DNA of 63,947 nt, the filler included, from Intoshia linei (Eukaryota; Animalia; Orthonectida), in assembly GCA_001642005.1 (NCBI GenBank). It is 5 parts of 5 records of this genome, joined end to end, with 100 filler letters (N's around TTAATTAATTAA, not from the genome) between each part and the next. Parts side by side here need not be neighbours in the genome. Positions count along the whole stretch, not along the records: positions 36,725 to 59,764 come from LWCA01000578.1; positions 59,865 to 62,658 come from LWCA01002220.1; positions 62,759 to 63,947 come from LWCA01002738.1; 2 more parts are not named here. The stretch is one strand, 5' to 3'. The first letter of the stretch is position 1; every line of letters begins with the position of its first letter. The notes under the pieces were generated by a model, which was not told the origin of the DNA, made no database searches, and saw only the letters and a program-made list of their open reading frames with translations. This document shows, in pieces, positions 50,101 through 63,947 of this stretch. The position numbers were made by a program, and so were the translations under genes.

Positions 50101-52697
50101 CATCAAACTATCTCGGAATTATTAAACGCGAATATGGATTAGAAGTAACAGATGGTAATTTTGATTACATTAATGTTGTTATTTTATTTTATTTAGAAGA
50201 AAATTTTGTACCACTACTAAAATTAAATTATACTGAAAGTTTGAAAGTTGGAAAACCACGTTGGAAATATGACATGGAATATAGAAGCTCAATAGCTGTT
50301 AACGTCGACAATCAAGTATTACTTAGTTGTGAGGTTGAAGGAATACCTAAGCCAAATATTAAATGGCTTAAAGATAGTCTTCCTTTTTATAAACGCAACA
50401 GAGGAATAATTTCAATTAATGAATACACATTGACAATGAATAATGTTGATAAAACCGATCAAGGATATTACACATGTGTCGTATCAAATAAATATGGCTC
50501 GATTCAAAATGAATTCATCGTTTATGTTTTAAATACACCCAGATACCCTCCAACCATTATAAACGAATTTAAAAATAAAACAGTTAGTGTTGGTCAAAAC
50601 GTCACAATGGAATGCAGCACAGAATCCTTATCGGCACCCTATATTGCTTGGATTAAAGATGCCACTGCAAATGTTACTCATCACACAAAATTGACTGTAT
50701 GTTTTTTTATATTTATATTTGATATTATTAGGAAGCAAATTCTACTAGTTATGCGTTATACTATGTTTTGACAAATGTGACTTATCAAGACGCCGGAAAA
50801 TACGTATGTTTCGCTGCAAATACTGTAGGTTCAATAGTGAAGCCATTTTGGATAAACGTTGTTGATGGTTTTCATTTAGTAATTTTTAAATAATTATTAA
50901 TTTAGTTGTATTAGATACAAATATACCTAGATTTACTTTCTTTGCAGTAATTCTGAGTGTAGTTTTGTTTTTGGTTTTTATTATTTTTATAATATCCTAC
51001 AAATTCTACTCATTTAAAAACAGTATACATCATGTTAATAAAACTGTATTTATTATGAAAAATAATCCGTCCTATAATTCCAAAGCCGATCAATATAAAG
51101 ACGAAGAAACGACTCTATTGAGTATTCCAAAAATTTACTTTAAATATAAAACAAATTCAAAATTCAATCCCGTCAATTTAATTAAAAGAACTATTCAAAC
51201 GCATTATATTATGACTCCCGACAAAAAATGGGAAATTCCTAGAAATAAGTATTTTCTTAAATGTATAAGTCTCATTTTTATGTTTAGATTGGATTTGGTT
51301 GATTTTATTGGAAATGGAGCGTTCGGAAAAGTTTTTCGAGCAAAATTCAAACGAAAAGATTCTGAAGTTTTCGTGGCTGTTAAAATGTTGAAGGGTTACT
51401 TATTTTACCATTTTTTTAATTACTTTTAAATGCGCTTTTATAATAGTAGTAGAAGTAGTTGGATCCCTTATAAACGTATACCACAGTGTTTATGGATAGA
51501 GCTCTGGATATTTAATTCTAATTTTATTATTATACTACTTATCCTGTAACTTGTAACTGTAAGATTAATTTTGAGATATGATGAATATTAGATAGTAAAT
51601 TACTATTATTTTAATATATTAAAAAAATTTTTCATAAAATTTAAAGTACACACTTTCCACATTATTCAATTTGAGATAAAAAACACTTAATTTAATTGGA
51701 AAATTATTTGTAAAATCGAATTTCTTTAAATTAATATATATCGATAAAAATTAGACGATGCAACCGAAGAAGGAATGCGTAGTTTGGTCCAGGAATTGGA
51801 ACTAATGAAAATGATGGATCAACATGAAAACATAATCTCTCTGATTGGAGCTTGCACTGAAAATGGTTTTTTTATATTTGAAACTTTTTGAAAAAAATTA
51901 TAGGTCGTCTATTAATAATTATGGAATGTGCCGACTATGGTAACCTGAAAGATTTTTTAACACATAATAAAGAATCAAAATTGAAAAAAACGCGAATAAA
52001 AAGCGATTGTGGTTATTCTACAAAATTTGCATTTCCATCAGAGTCATTAAACGAACTCAAACGACTTCGAACCAATTCAGACCAAGTTCCTGACTTGACC
52101 TACGAATGCGAATTATCACTTCAAACACTAACTAACTATGCAATTCAAATTGCCCGTGGAATGAACCATTTCTCTGACAGAAAGTGGGTACATCGGGATT
52201 TAGCAACTAGAAACATTTTGATATGCCAAAATTCTGTATTAAAAATAGCTGATTTTGGGTTGAGCCGAAACATAGAAGAAAAAGATTATTATCTGAAAAA
52301 TAGCAATTCACCATTACCGTTGAAATGGATGGCTCCCGAGTCAATATCTAATCAAATTTATACACTAAAAACTGATATTTGGTCATACGGCGTAGTTTTA
52401 TGGGAAATTTTCACGTTGGGAGCAACACCATATGAAAACATTGATTCAAGGATACTACTAAAGAAATTACTAAACAATTACAGATTGAAAATTCCATTGG
52501 AAACTCCAAAAATAATTCAAAACATTATCAAACTCTGTTGGAATATTGATCATGAGAAACGACCATTGTTTTCTGAAGTTTTGTGTTTGATTGACCGGGA
52601 CAGTACAAACAATAGTTCACAGTTTACGAACGACGATATTTTTTTGACAGATTTTTCTTCAAATGAAAAAAGCGAACAAGTTGGAACTCCTGTTTAA
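44140..52697 (+). CDS. FGFR: Fibroblast growth factor receptor (3 Ig domains, TM, split tyrosine kinase)
   Basis: Signal peptide; three Ig-I domains (DTGLYEC, DQGYYTCVVSNKYGSI, DAGKYVC); PDKKWEIPR, GNGAFGKV, VAVKMLK, ELELMKMMDQHENIISLIGACT, HRDLATRN, DFGLSR..DYY, LPLKWMAPE. Confidence 0.93.
45919..46161. mobile_element. pogo/Tigger-type MITE
   Basis: TA|CAGTCCGTCCCG...CGAGGTCCGACTG|TA. Confidence 0.7.
46211..46993. mobile_element. hAT MITE with a perfect 8-bp TSD
   Basis: CAGAGCCGT...ACGGCTCTG; TSD TGAGTACC on both sides; an inverted fragment of its left end lies at about 14373-14410. Confidence 0.92.
47433..47998 (+). mobile_element. hAT deletion derivative with a dimerisation-domain remnant
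   Basis: CAAGAATG...CATCCTTG; encodes KMPLTEASVERAFSKHRQFHNYLRENLSTEKLNDQLFIRYN. Confidence 0.85.
49052..49098 (+). mobile_element. 47-bp minimal Helitron-like element
   Basis: A|TCTATATATA...TGTAC-GTA-GTACA hairpin...CTAG|T; its 3' 28 bp are identical to 56157-56184. Confidence 0.6.
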
Positions 52698-52753
52698 TAT
52701 TTTTTCTATATTGTAAAATTATAAATACACATTTCCATGATACACTTGTAAAC

Positions 52754-54896
52754 ATGTCCCATAATCGAAAATTTAAACAAGATGTGAATCGGCCCAAAAT
52801 TGAGGTTGTTGATATTATTAGTTAAAATAATGAATTCATAATTAGACGCTGGAGTATTCTTTTATATCTAGGGATAATTGCGAAATTCTAGCTAAATTTA
52901 AATCATTTGAAGAAGTTAAATTGTATTACATTTTAGTTTCTTGCAACTTAAATTGATATTTTTTAATTGATAGGAAACTTCAATCTATACTACTATTAAA
53001 GCAGACTGATACCAATATCCTTGAATCCATTCAGCTGGATTTGTACACAGAAATTGTTATATGGGCTAAAAGGGAACAGACTATCGAAAAAACACCTGGG
53101 ACCATCGGAACTGTTCTTTATACAGTTAAAAAGTTTATTGAATATATTAAAGGTTTGTATTCCAACATTGTATACAATGTATTTTACATAAACGTTTTTT
53201 AACTAAAGGATGATGAACAATGTTTTTTAAACATACAAATGTATATCATCTGAAGAATTAAGATAGCTATTTTCCTAAGAGTAAAACGGTTTTCACCTAG
53301 ATATATTCTCAATACAGTGTACTGAGAACTAAGTTTAATATTTTAAATTAATGGGTTCAAGAGTTTTATCAATTTAACCTAATTTAACAAATTTCAATTC
53401 AAAATTAACCCGGTTTAATTTTTGTAAAAATGTCGAGAAGCGCTAAAATGTGCATTAATCATTGAAAATTTTTAAGATTAAAATAAATTTAGATAAAAAT
53501 AATAGACTATGTGGATTTATTGCAATGTATAAAGATTTATTCAGTGGTGTATCACCTACCACACCTGCAAAGTTTTTCCCTGATATCGACGAAGCATTTG
53601 CACTAAAATTAATTTTATACACCAATAAAACGTTATTATTTATAAACGGGAGGGATATATTAAACTAATATTAATATATAATATATAATAATTAATATAT
53701 AAACTATTATTTACAAAGGGATGAACGTTCAATATGAGCTATATGACTATATATACGTTCATCTCGGTTTTGTAATTTCATAAATTCTTAAATTATAAAT
53801 TTAGATTTTTCAATCATTACAATTTAATGAAAAGTTGCTTTTCAGAGAGCGCATTAATTCAAATTGTTGGAAGAGATGTAATAATAATTTTTGATTAACT
53901 TTAAAAAAAATTTAGTTGGAAATTGAAATTCCTCCTTTTGAGGGATGCTTATCTCATGTTCCTTTGGAAGAAGGAATTTTAGAAAAGTATCTGGTGGATT
54001 TGGATTCTCTTACAGTCGAATCAACAATAGTAATATATAATTGATAATATAATACATAATCCTATAATAAATTATAGATATAGACAAACCAGTATTAAAT
54101 TGTTACGAATCATTCAAAGTTTATTCGTTCTTGTGGTTATAATTATAATAACCTTGAGATTGGTAAAATTGAATATTTTATAGCAAGATTTGGTTAAATA
54201 TAATATTCTATAAATTATTTACCCTTGAGGTAAAAGTACCCTCCCATAAAAATCACTACTCTAATACATATTCCATTTTATATTAAATTACTAGGTGGAA
54301 GAAGACGTAAATTCAGAGCTGTCAGAAATAAAATCTCTCAAACCAAATAGAAAGCTAAGCTCAGTATCAAACAAATCAATGAAATCTACTAAATCAAAAA
54401 CGGGAAACGTCGACTCAATAAGTATAAATCAAGATTTATCTCAATTGATTCATAATAAATTGAACGTCATCTCACAGAAAATTGAGGTAGCATTTTATAT
54501 TACACGATTTCACAAATCGGCATATATTAATTTTTGCTCGTTCAGTTGACCATTGACCACAAAAAATAAACAGAATGATATCAAACTTTATATCGTTTAG
54601 TTTATATAAAACCAATAATGGTGTGGACCTTTGATACTTTTCGTTCAATTAAATAAAATTTATTCAAGCTTGAATTCCAGTATAAATATAACATTTCACA
54701 AACTTTTAGTAAAGAAGAAATACATGTATGTATTGGCTGATAAAATTTTTAAAGTTTGATAAAAAATGTTCAGCGAACACGTATTATAATTCGTAGTAAC
54801 ACTAGGAATTCATAGAAGCTTTATTTTATTTAGTCCGAGATTTCAACAAAATTGAAACAAAAAGAAGCCACATTGTTAAAACAAATAAAAGATTAA
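52754..54896 (+). CDS. CABCOCO1/CFAP119-family ciliary protein (central-pair C1a-32/CLAMP-like)
   Basis: Spliced model MSHNRK..IQLDLYTEIVIWAK..LILYTNKT/FFNHYNLMKSCF..IEIPPF..VPLEEGI..C-terminal coiled coil; matches the remembered family motifs LDYY..LWA, FQHYKLY and PLEEGI. Confidence 0.75.
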
Positions 54897-54932
54897 ATTA
54901 ACATGTAAATAAAATATATTTATAATATAAAT

Positions 54933-58160
<3,228 letters not shown>

Positions 58161-59764
58161 CTAATTATCATTAACAAAATAAAAATAATTATTATATACA
58201 ATACTAATACATAATATGTACGTTTCAATTAATATGGCTAGCTTTATCAATTAAATTAAGGGTAATATTTTAATAATTTTCCTAAATACTATGAAATTGA
58301 TATATTTTTGTATTATTTTTATTGACGCATTTTTAATATATTGTAAAAAGGTAACATTTTAAATATTTAGAGTTAAAGTCAGACCTGTATATATTGAACA
58401 CCTACTATAGTGAACATTTTGTAGAGTGAACATTAAACATTATTTTGTTAACAAAAAATTCACTTTATATGAAAGTATAATGAACGATACGGAAATGAAC
58501 GGTGAACACCTTTCAAAATGAAGGTAATATTCTATTTTTGTATAATCTCATTGTAATTTGAATATATTAATATGATTTGCACTTTGCGCATCTTGGTTAC
58601 ATTAATGGAATAATTAAAAATTCACACAATATTCAAGATGATAAGATCATCCGTAATAGAAGCTTCTTTTAAACCTCTAAAATAGATGAAATATTTTATC
58701 TGACGAAATGATTAATATGATTAATAGAATGACTCTATAATTGTCTCAAAGTTATAAAATTTAAGATTTTAAGGCTTCAAATGGATCAAATGACTCTCAG
58801 ACTCCCATTGAAACGACAATACATACTTACGAAGCTCTATGTACTTCTAAACAGTTTCAACAATGGTACATTGAAAATTATCCGAATGGAATTAATGATA
58901 TACTTAAAGTGAATGTAACGTTATTTACTAACATCTGTATAACAAAGTTATGTTTGACATTATTCTTTATTTACTATTCTAAACGTCCTTGAAAGATTAC
59001 AAAGACTTAGAAATATTTAATTGTTAATTAAAGATTTATAATATTCTTCAAGACTTTACAGTAATAAATGATATAATATCGGAAAAATTGTCGAGATAAG
59101 CTAAATTAACTGATATTTCTACATTAAAAAAAAATTTAAAACGTTGAATATAATTTTAATTAAAATTGTTAATTTTACTTAGTATTTTCGTGAATATTCG
59201 GTTGTATTAATATACTATTTTCAAAAATATTTTAATTAAATCAAACTTTGTTATAAGTAGGGCAAGTTTTTTTTTTGACATTTATTTTTACAAATTACAT
59301 TTTACTAAATTTTATTTACATTTAAAATTTACATTAAACTAAATTACAAAATAGTAAAGTATAACTTCTACTGTCTTTTCTCGATTATAAGAAGTCTTCT
59401 TATATTCGAGAGTAGAAGGAAAAATGATTATCAAAAACATGCAGACTTTTAGGTAGATCTTGAAAAATATAAAAAATACACTAAAAGTTTGCTTTTATAT
59501 TTTAAGAACTCGTTAGATTTGTATTAAATTACATCTTGAGGTATTCTCAAAATTTATTTGTTTGAGATAAAACTTATAAATTAAAAAATGAGGTCTGTGA
59601 AGGACTGAAAGAATATTTTGTTCCGCTTGATATCATTAATTATGAGTACATTGAAAATATTAAAAACACGTCCGAATCACCTTATTTTGATGAATTTCAC
59701 AAACGCCTTAACTACATCATAATCGAAAGTGCTGGGTTTTGTCTCCGTTATTTCATTATGTAAA

Positions 59765-59864
59765 NNNNNNNNNNNNNNNNNNNNNNNNNNNNNNNNNNNN
59801 NNNNNNNNTTAATTAATTAANNNNNNNNNNNNNNNNNNNNNNNNNNNNNNNNNNNNNNNNNNNN
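59765..59864. other. Artificial contig spacer
   Basis: 44 N + TTAATTAATTAA + 44 N. Confidence 0.98.
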
Positions 59865-60120
59865 GTTATAATTGTTTTGTCTGAACTTTAAAAACCATCT
59901 TTAAGTTTTTCGTATGTTAATAGCATTTTTGCCATAAACATTACATATATTTTCATTAATTTCCGATACAGTATGCCCCATATGAAACTCATAAAGTAAA
60001 ATATGTCTGATATGACCATCATAATCATTCAATTATTTTCTCTAAATACTAATTAAAAATATGTTTGTCATCAGAAATTACTCTTTTATCGGAAATTACT
60101 CTTTTATCGAATACACAATT
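59865..60120 (-). pseudogene. mariner transposon 5' remnant (HTH)
   Basis: HIRHILLYEFHMGHTVSEINENICNVYGKNAINIRKT*RWFLKFR; mariner-like TIR sequence AAAAGAGTAATTTCCG, duplicated near 60075-60110. Confidence 0.82.
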
Positions 60121-60913
60121 GTTTTTCCATATTGTCCATATTTCGTAAAAATAAAAAAATAACGCACTTACAGTACATATTCGTAAAGATATAATGATAT
60201 ATAATAAAGTTACAATAAAAACGACCTAATAGTAGGATGAAGTGATTTTCTATACATTTACTATAGAAAATTGAACTTCATTTTTCAACGTGTTGTACGA
60301 TGAATGATGTTGTAATGGAAAGTTGTTATGAATAGCGTCTACTGTATTATTATTTCTATTTCGTCTGATACAATCTGTTTAAATTGTTAAATATGATACA
60401 TAATTTAATTATAACACTGTCCAACAAAATTTGGACAAACTGACTGAAACTTCTATTATATGTAAGTGAACCAGTATACATCTATGATTAAAAAAATTTA
60501 TTAATTTCAAGATCGACTTTGGATTTAATTAAGGGTCAAATTTTTTTTTTAAAGAGGTACACTTCACCGTGAGGTCTATTTACAATTAATATTGTATATT
60601 ACAAATGGTAAAATTGACAGATAGACATACACGTCTACATATGTATAAAAAAAATTGTCATTAATTATTTAATTACCTTAATTAATTATTAACTCTAATT
60701 TTAAGGCAACATCGAAGTACAATATGAAATAAAAATTTTCTGGATGTACTACTTACATTACACGTAAAATCAACTTTTTCGGGTTACCCCTAGACGAATC
60801 TTGTTCAATATCAAGGATGTAAGTGATAGACATAAATTTTAAAAATTAANAATTAAGATATACGAAGGTATCAATTAAAAATATTCAATAAAAAAAGTAA
60901 TAATTAGATAAAT

Positions 60914-61332
60914 TTAAAATTTATTTTTTGTTGAACACCAAACAAAATCACAAATCATATTTAATGATCTACATCTTCCAAAACGTCTTTCATATAACAT
61001 CATAGTTTGATGAAATTGTTCACTTTTTTTGTCTGACCACATACCACAGTTTAGCGCAAAGAAATCTAAATGACATTCTAGGTATTGCATTTTTATGCTA
61101 TAAAGGCAGTTTATTTCTTGGTATATTATCAATAACTCTTCGATTAAATCCTTGTAATTTTCAGATAGATTGTTTTCAAGAAAAAATGAGATTACATTTT
61201 CCAAAGCATTAAACGCATCTTTTTGTTCAGATTTAAGGGTAGATCTAAAATGTACATCTTTTAATAGTTTTCTAATTTGTGGGCCATTTAGTATATTAGC
61301 TATTAATTTAGCGTCGCTAAAATTAGGAAAAA
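60914..61332 (-). pseudogene. Chapaev-like (CMC/Transib-related) transposase C-terminal remnant
   Basis: SDAKLIANILNGPQIRKLLKD..FFLENNLSENYKDLIEELL..SIKMQYLECHLDFF..SDKKSEQFHQ..YERRF..MICDFVW. Confidence 0.78.
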
Positions 61333-61339
61333 TTTAACT

Positions 61340-62062
61340 TGCAAGTTGTATTGAATAGAAGATAGCAACCGAATGGAAACCAAAGATTCGATAAGAATTT
61401 TGCAATGAGCACTGCAGTTATCTAAAATCAATAACACTACGATTTTCTTTCGTAAATTTTAAATTAATTATATGCAATTATTTTTCAAATAGCATAGTAG
61501 TCATCCAAACATTTTGATTGCTCCTATAAAGTAATGAAAAGTTTTCCTTATCGTATCCCGAAAAACATTTGGGGTTCTTTGATTTTCCAATCATAAATAA
61601 AGGAAATTTTCAGAGCCATCTGCATTTTCATCACATAGAATAGTTACTCTTATTTTATCTATTTTAGTGCCTTCTATTGATTGATTTCTCAAAGTTAATG
61701 TATTCGTAGGGGTAGCTTTGTAGTGTAGCCCCGTTTCGTCGTCATTGAATATATCTGCTTTTTTATATTCATTGATTATATCAGCGTTGTTTTGCCGCCA
61801 ATTGTCACATACCACATTGTCAACACTCCCGAATTCACCAGATAATTTTTTGTAAATCACATCATTTATCAATTTAAACTTTTGAAACTTTAAAAGAATC
61901 AATACCTAATTTTTTACCAAATATTAAAGCTTTATTTCGCAGAATTTTACCTGAAACTGGAGTATTGTTTTCAATGCACAAACGTAACCACTCCAGAATA
62001 GCTTTTGCAGTGTTAACAAATACTCCTTTTTTAACCTTTTTCTTTGGCTTCCTCTTTGGCAT
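61340..62062 (-). pseudogene. pogo/Tigger transposase remnant (CENP-B HTH + DDE_1)
   Basis: AILEWL..PVSGKILRNKA, DIFNDDETGLHYK, RVTILC..NADGSE, IGKSKNPKCF, NVWMTTMLFE; contains frameshifts. Confidence 0.88.
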
Positions 62063-62101
62063 TGATGCAAATATTTATAGATTCCGTTACTTTTTTAACA
62101 G

Positions 62102-62506
62102 TTATATTGTTGTCTCCTTGAAACACTTCGTATGTGTTTTGTTGCTTTCCACTGTAATATCTGCATCAGCATAGGTCAATGCTTGAGTGCAATATTCCCC
62201 TAAATCAAAATTAGTATTCACACACGTTATCTTGTATTTTATTGGTATTGTTTCATTGATAATTACGGTGTTTAACAAGATTGTTATTATGTCGTTATTA
62301 ATATTTATACCCTTATAATTCTTGAGTAGTTCTTCTAAAGAAATGTGGATACGATTCAAGTCTATGTACTCGGTAACATTATCATCGATATTTTGAATGA
62401 GACCTGTTGTTGTGTTTTTAATGTCTAACCAATTTAGGTTTAATGAATTGGTACAATTAAAGAGTGTATGATTACTAGGGTGTTTCAAAAAGTAGAAATT
62501 TTGCAA
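62102..62506 (-). CDS. Unassigned 134-codon ORF rich in N-glycosylation sequons
   Basis: Open frame with NHT, NCT, NTT, NVT, NET, NKT and four Cys; no ATG start and no recognised family. Confidence 0.35.
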   Translation of the reverse strand: MQNFYFLKHPSNHTLFNCTNSLNLNWLDIKNTTTGLIQNIDDNVTEYIDLNRIHISLEELLKNYKGININNDIITILLNTVIINETIPIKYKITCVNTNFDLGEYCTQALTYADADITVESNKTHTKCFKETTI

Positions 62507-62658
62507 GTTTTTCTTAACCTTAGTAACAATTACGCTAGTATTTATATTTAGAGTATTATGTGACTTTTATTTTATCGTAAATGTTGGTGGTCGAGTTGCG
62601 CACTGCAAATAAAGATTTTTCTAAAAAATATTGAAAAATAGTTTATTATCTGAATTCT

Positions 62659-62758
62659 NNNNNNNNNNNNNNNNNNNNNNNNNNNNNNNNNNNNNNNNNN
62701 NNTTAATTAATTAANNNNNNNNNNNNNNNNNNNNNNNNNNNNNNNNNNNNNNNNNNNN
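62659..62758. other. Artificial contig spacer
   Basis: 44 N + TTAATTAATTAA + 44 N. Confidence 0.98.
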
Positions 62759-63947
62759 TGACAAATTGTTCTAATATTTTCCAACATATTATCAGTTACT
62801 ATTCGACCGGCCAATCTATCCGCAGTTTCAGATATTGTAAAATTCTCCATTTCATCAAAATTTATTGAGCTAGTCAATAATTTTTGCTTGATTTGCTAAT
62901 ATTATATAATTATTAAATTATATTAATATACAAATACTACATTTTTGTATTTTTTCAAATTCTAAGTCTTTTTTTATTTAAAAAAAGGGCAAAGTAGGTT
63001 TTTGACCCTGAAAGGCATCATTTCTGAAATTAAAATAAGCGAAAAACATCTCTCCCAAATAATTGTATTAGAAATTGGGAAATAATGTAAGAGGTGCTAA
63101 ACATATGTGTTTTTTTGTTTGTATGTCATTGTCCATTAAGAAAACTGACAGTCGCAGAAAAAAAATTTAAAATCACTTTTTTTCGGTACTGAAAATAAAA
63201 TACATTTTAAATTAAAAAATTTGCACCTTCACGGTTAAAAGTTAAAAGTTACTCTCTTTTATAGAAAAAATAGTCATAAAATTTAAGAAACAAAAATTCT
63301 GACACATATTTTTAAATCGTGAGCATTACCACAATATTGAAACGAAAAGTAAAATTTAGTTAATAAATATGTAATTGGTTTTTATTGAAAATTTTTATTT
63401 TTTAATTATAATTGTAGAATAAAAAATTAGTTTTTTTATGAATACATTATTACAGTAGGGTAGACAAAATAATGTTTAAATTTTTCATAATTAATAACAA
63501 AAACTATAGATAAAGTTTATTATAAAGTCAAAAAGGAATTTCATAAAAATTAAAATAAATGAGCTAGAATTTAAATTAATAAAATAAAATGGTCCACAAA
63601 CATACATGATAAACTAAAATGACCAAAAAAAATATGTACTACAATTTATTTTTCAAAAATTTTCATAAATCTATTTAAAATGTGCATTATTATAAATATT
63701 TATTTATCTGAGATATTATTTTCAGATTTAAATTGTTACATTATTAATAATTGTTTTAAAATTAATATTATTTATAATTTTTAATTGATATTAAACACAC
63801 TCTTTTTTATTCCTAATTTTAAAAATTAACTAGTTTTTACAACTAACAATTCACATCTTTATCATAGTTTTATATATTAGATATATAATAATAAAGTTTT
63901 TGAAAATAAATTATTTATATTTTTCAACATGCAAAAATTGAAATTTT

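Noticed and set aside
58376-59300. Tigger-like end followed by possible transposase debris
   Set aside because: No convincing motif or second end could be read.

Overview
A very AT-rich eukaryotic (animal) genomic window. It is made of five contigs joined by four artificial 100-bp spacers (44 N + TTAATTAATTAA + 44 N). Genes are split by many tiny introns of about 30-40 nt and a few transposon-swollen ones, and the proteins are very divergent. This fits a compact-genome parasitic invertebrate such as an orthonectid (inference only). Genes rebuilt by hand: a 12-kb myosin with a class-I TH1 tail whose P-loop, switch I and switch II are all degenerate and which carries a ~340-aa low-complexity segment in the converter region (candidate class-I pseudo-myosin, the top finding); a divergent VPS29; a 5'-partial ubiquilin; a tightly packed QTRT2 / mitochondrial ACP / MTPAP trio; two tandem annexins lacking the repeat-IV Ca2+ loop; a TGF-beta-family type I receptor with a decayed GS box; FGFR; a CABCOCO1/CFAP119-family ciliary gene; a 5'-partial AGPS; and several hypothetical genes. 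Non-coding DNA is mostly DNA-transposon derivatives: hAT MITEs with 8-bp TSDs, pogo/Tigger MITEs, foldback/MULE-like elements, a non-autonomous Helitron family (including a 47-bp candidate), and rosa, mariner, pogo and Chapaev transposase remnants. No rRNA, tRNA or CRISPR was recognised. All gene models and family calls come from manual translation and remembered motifs, not from database searches.
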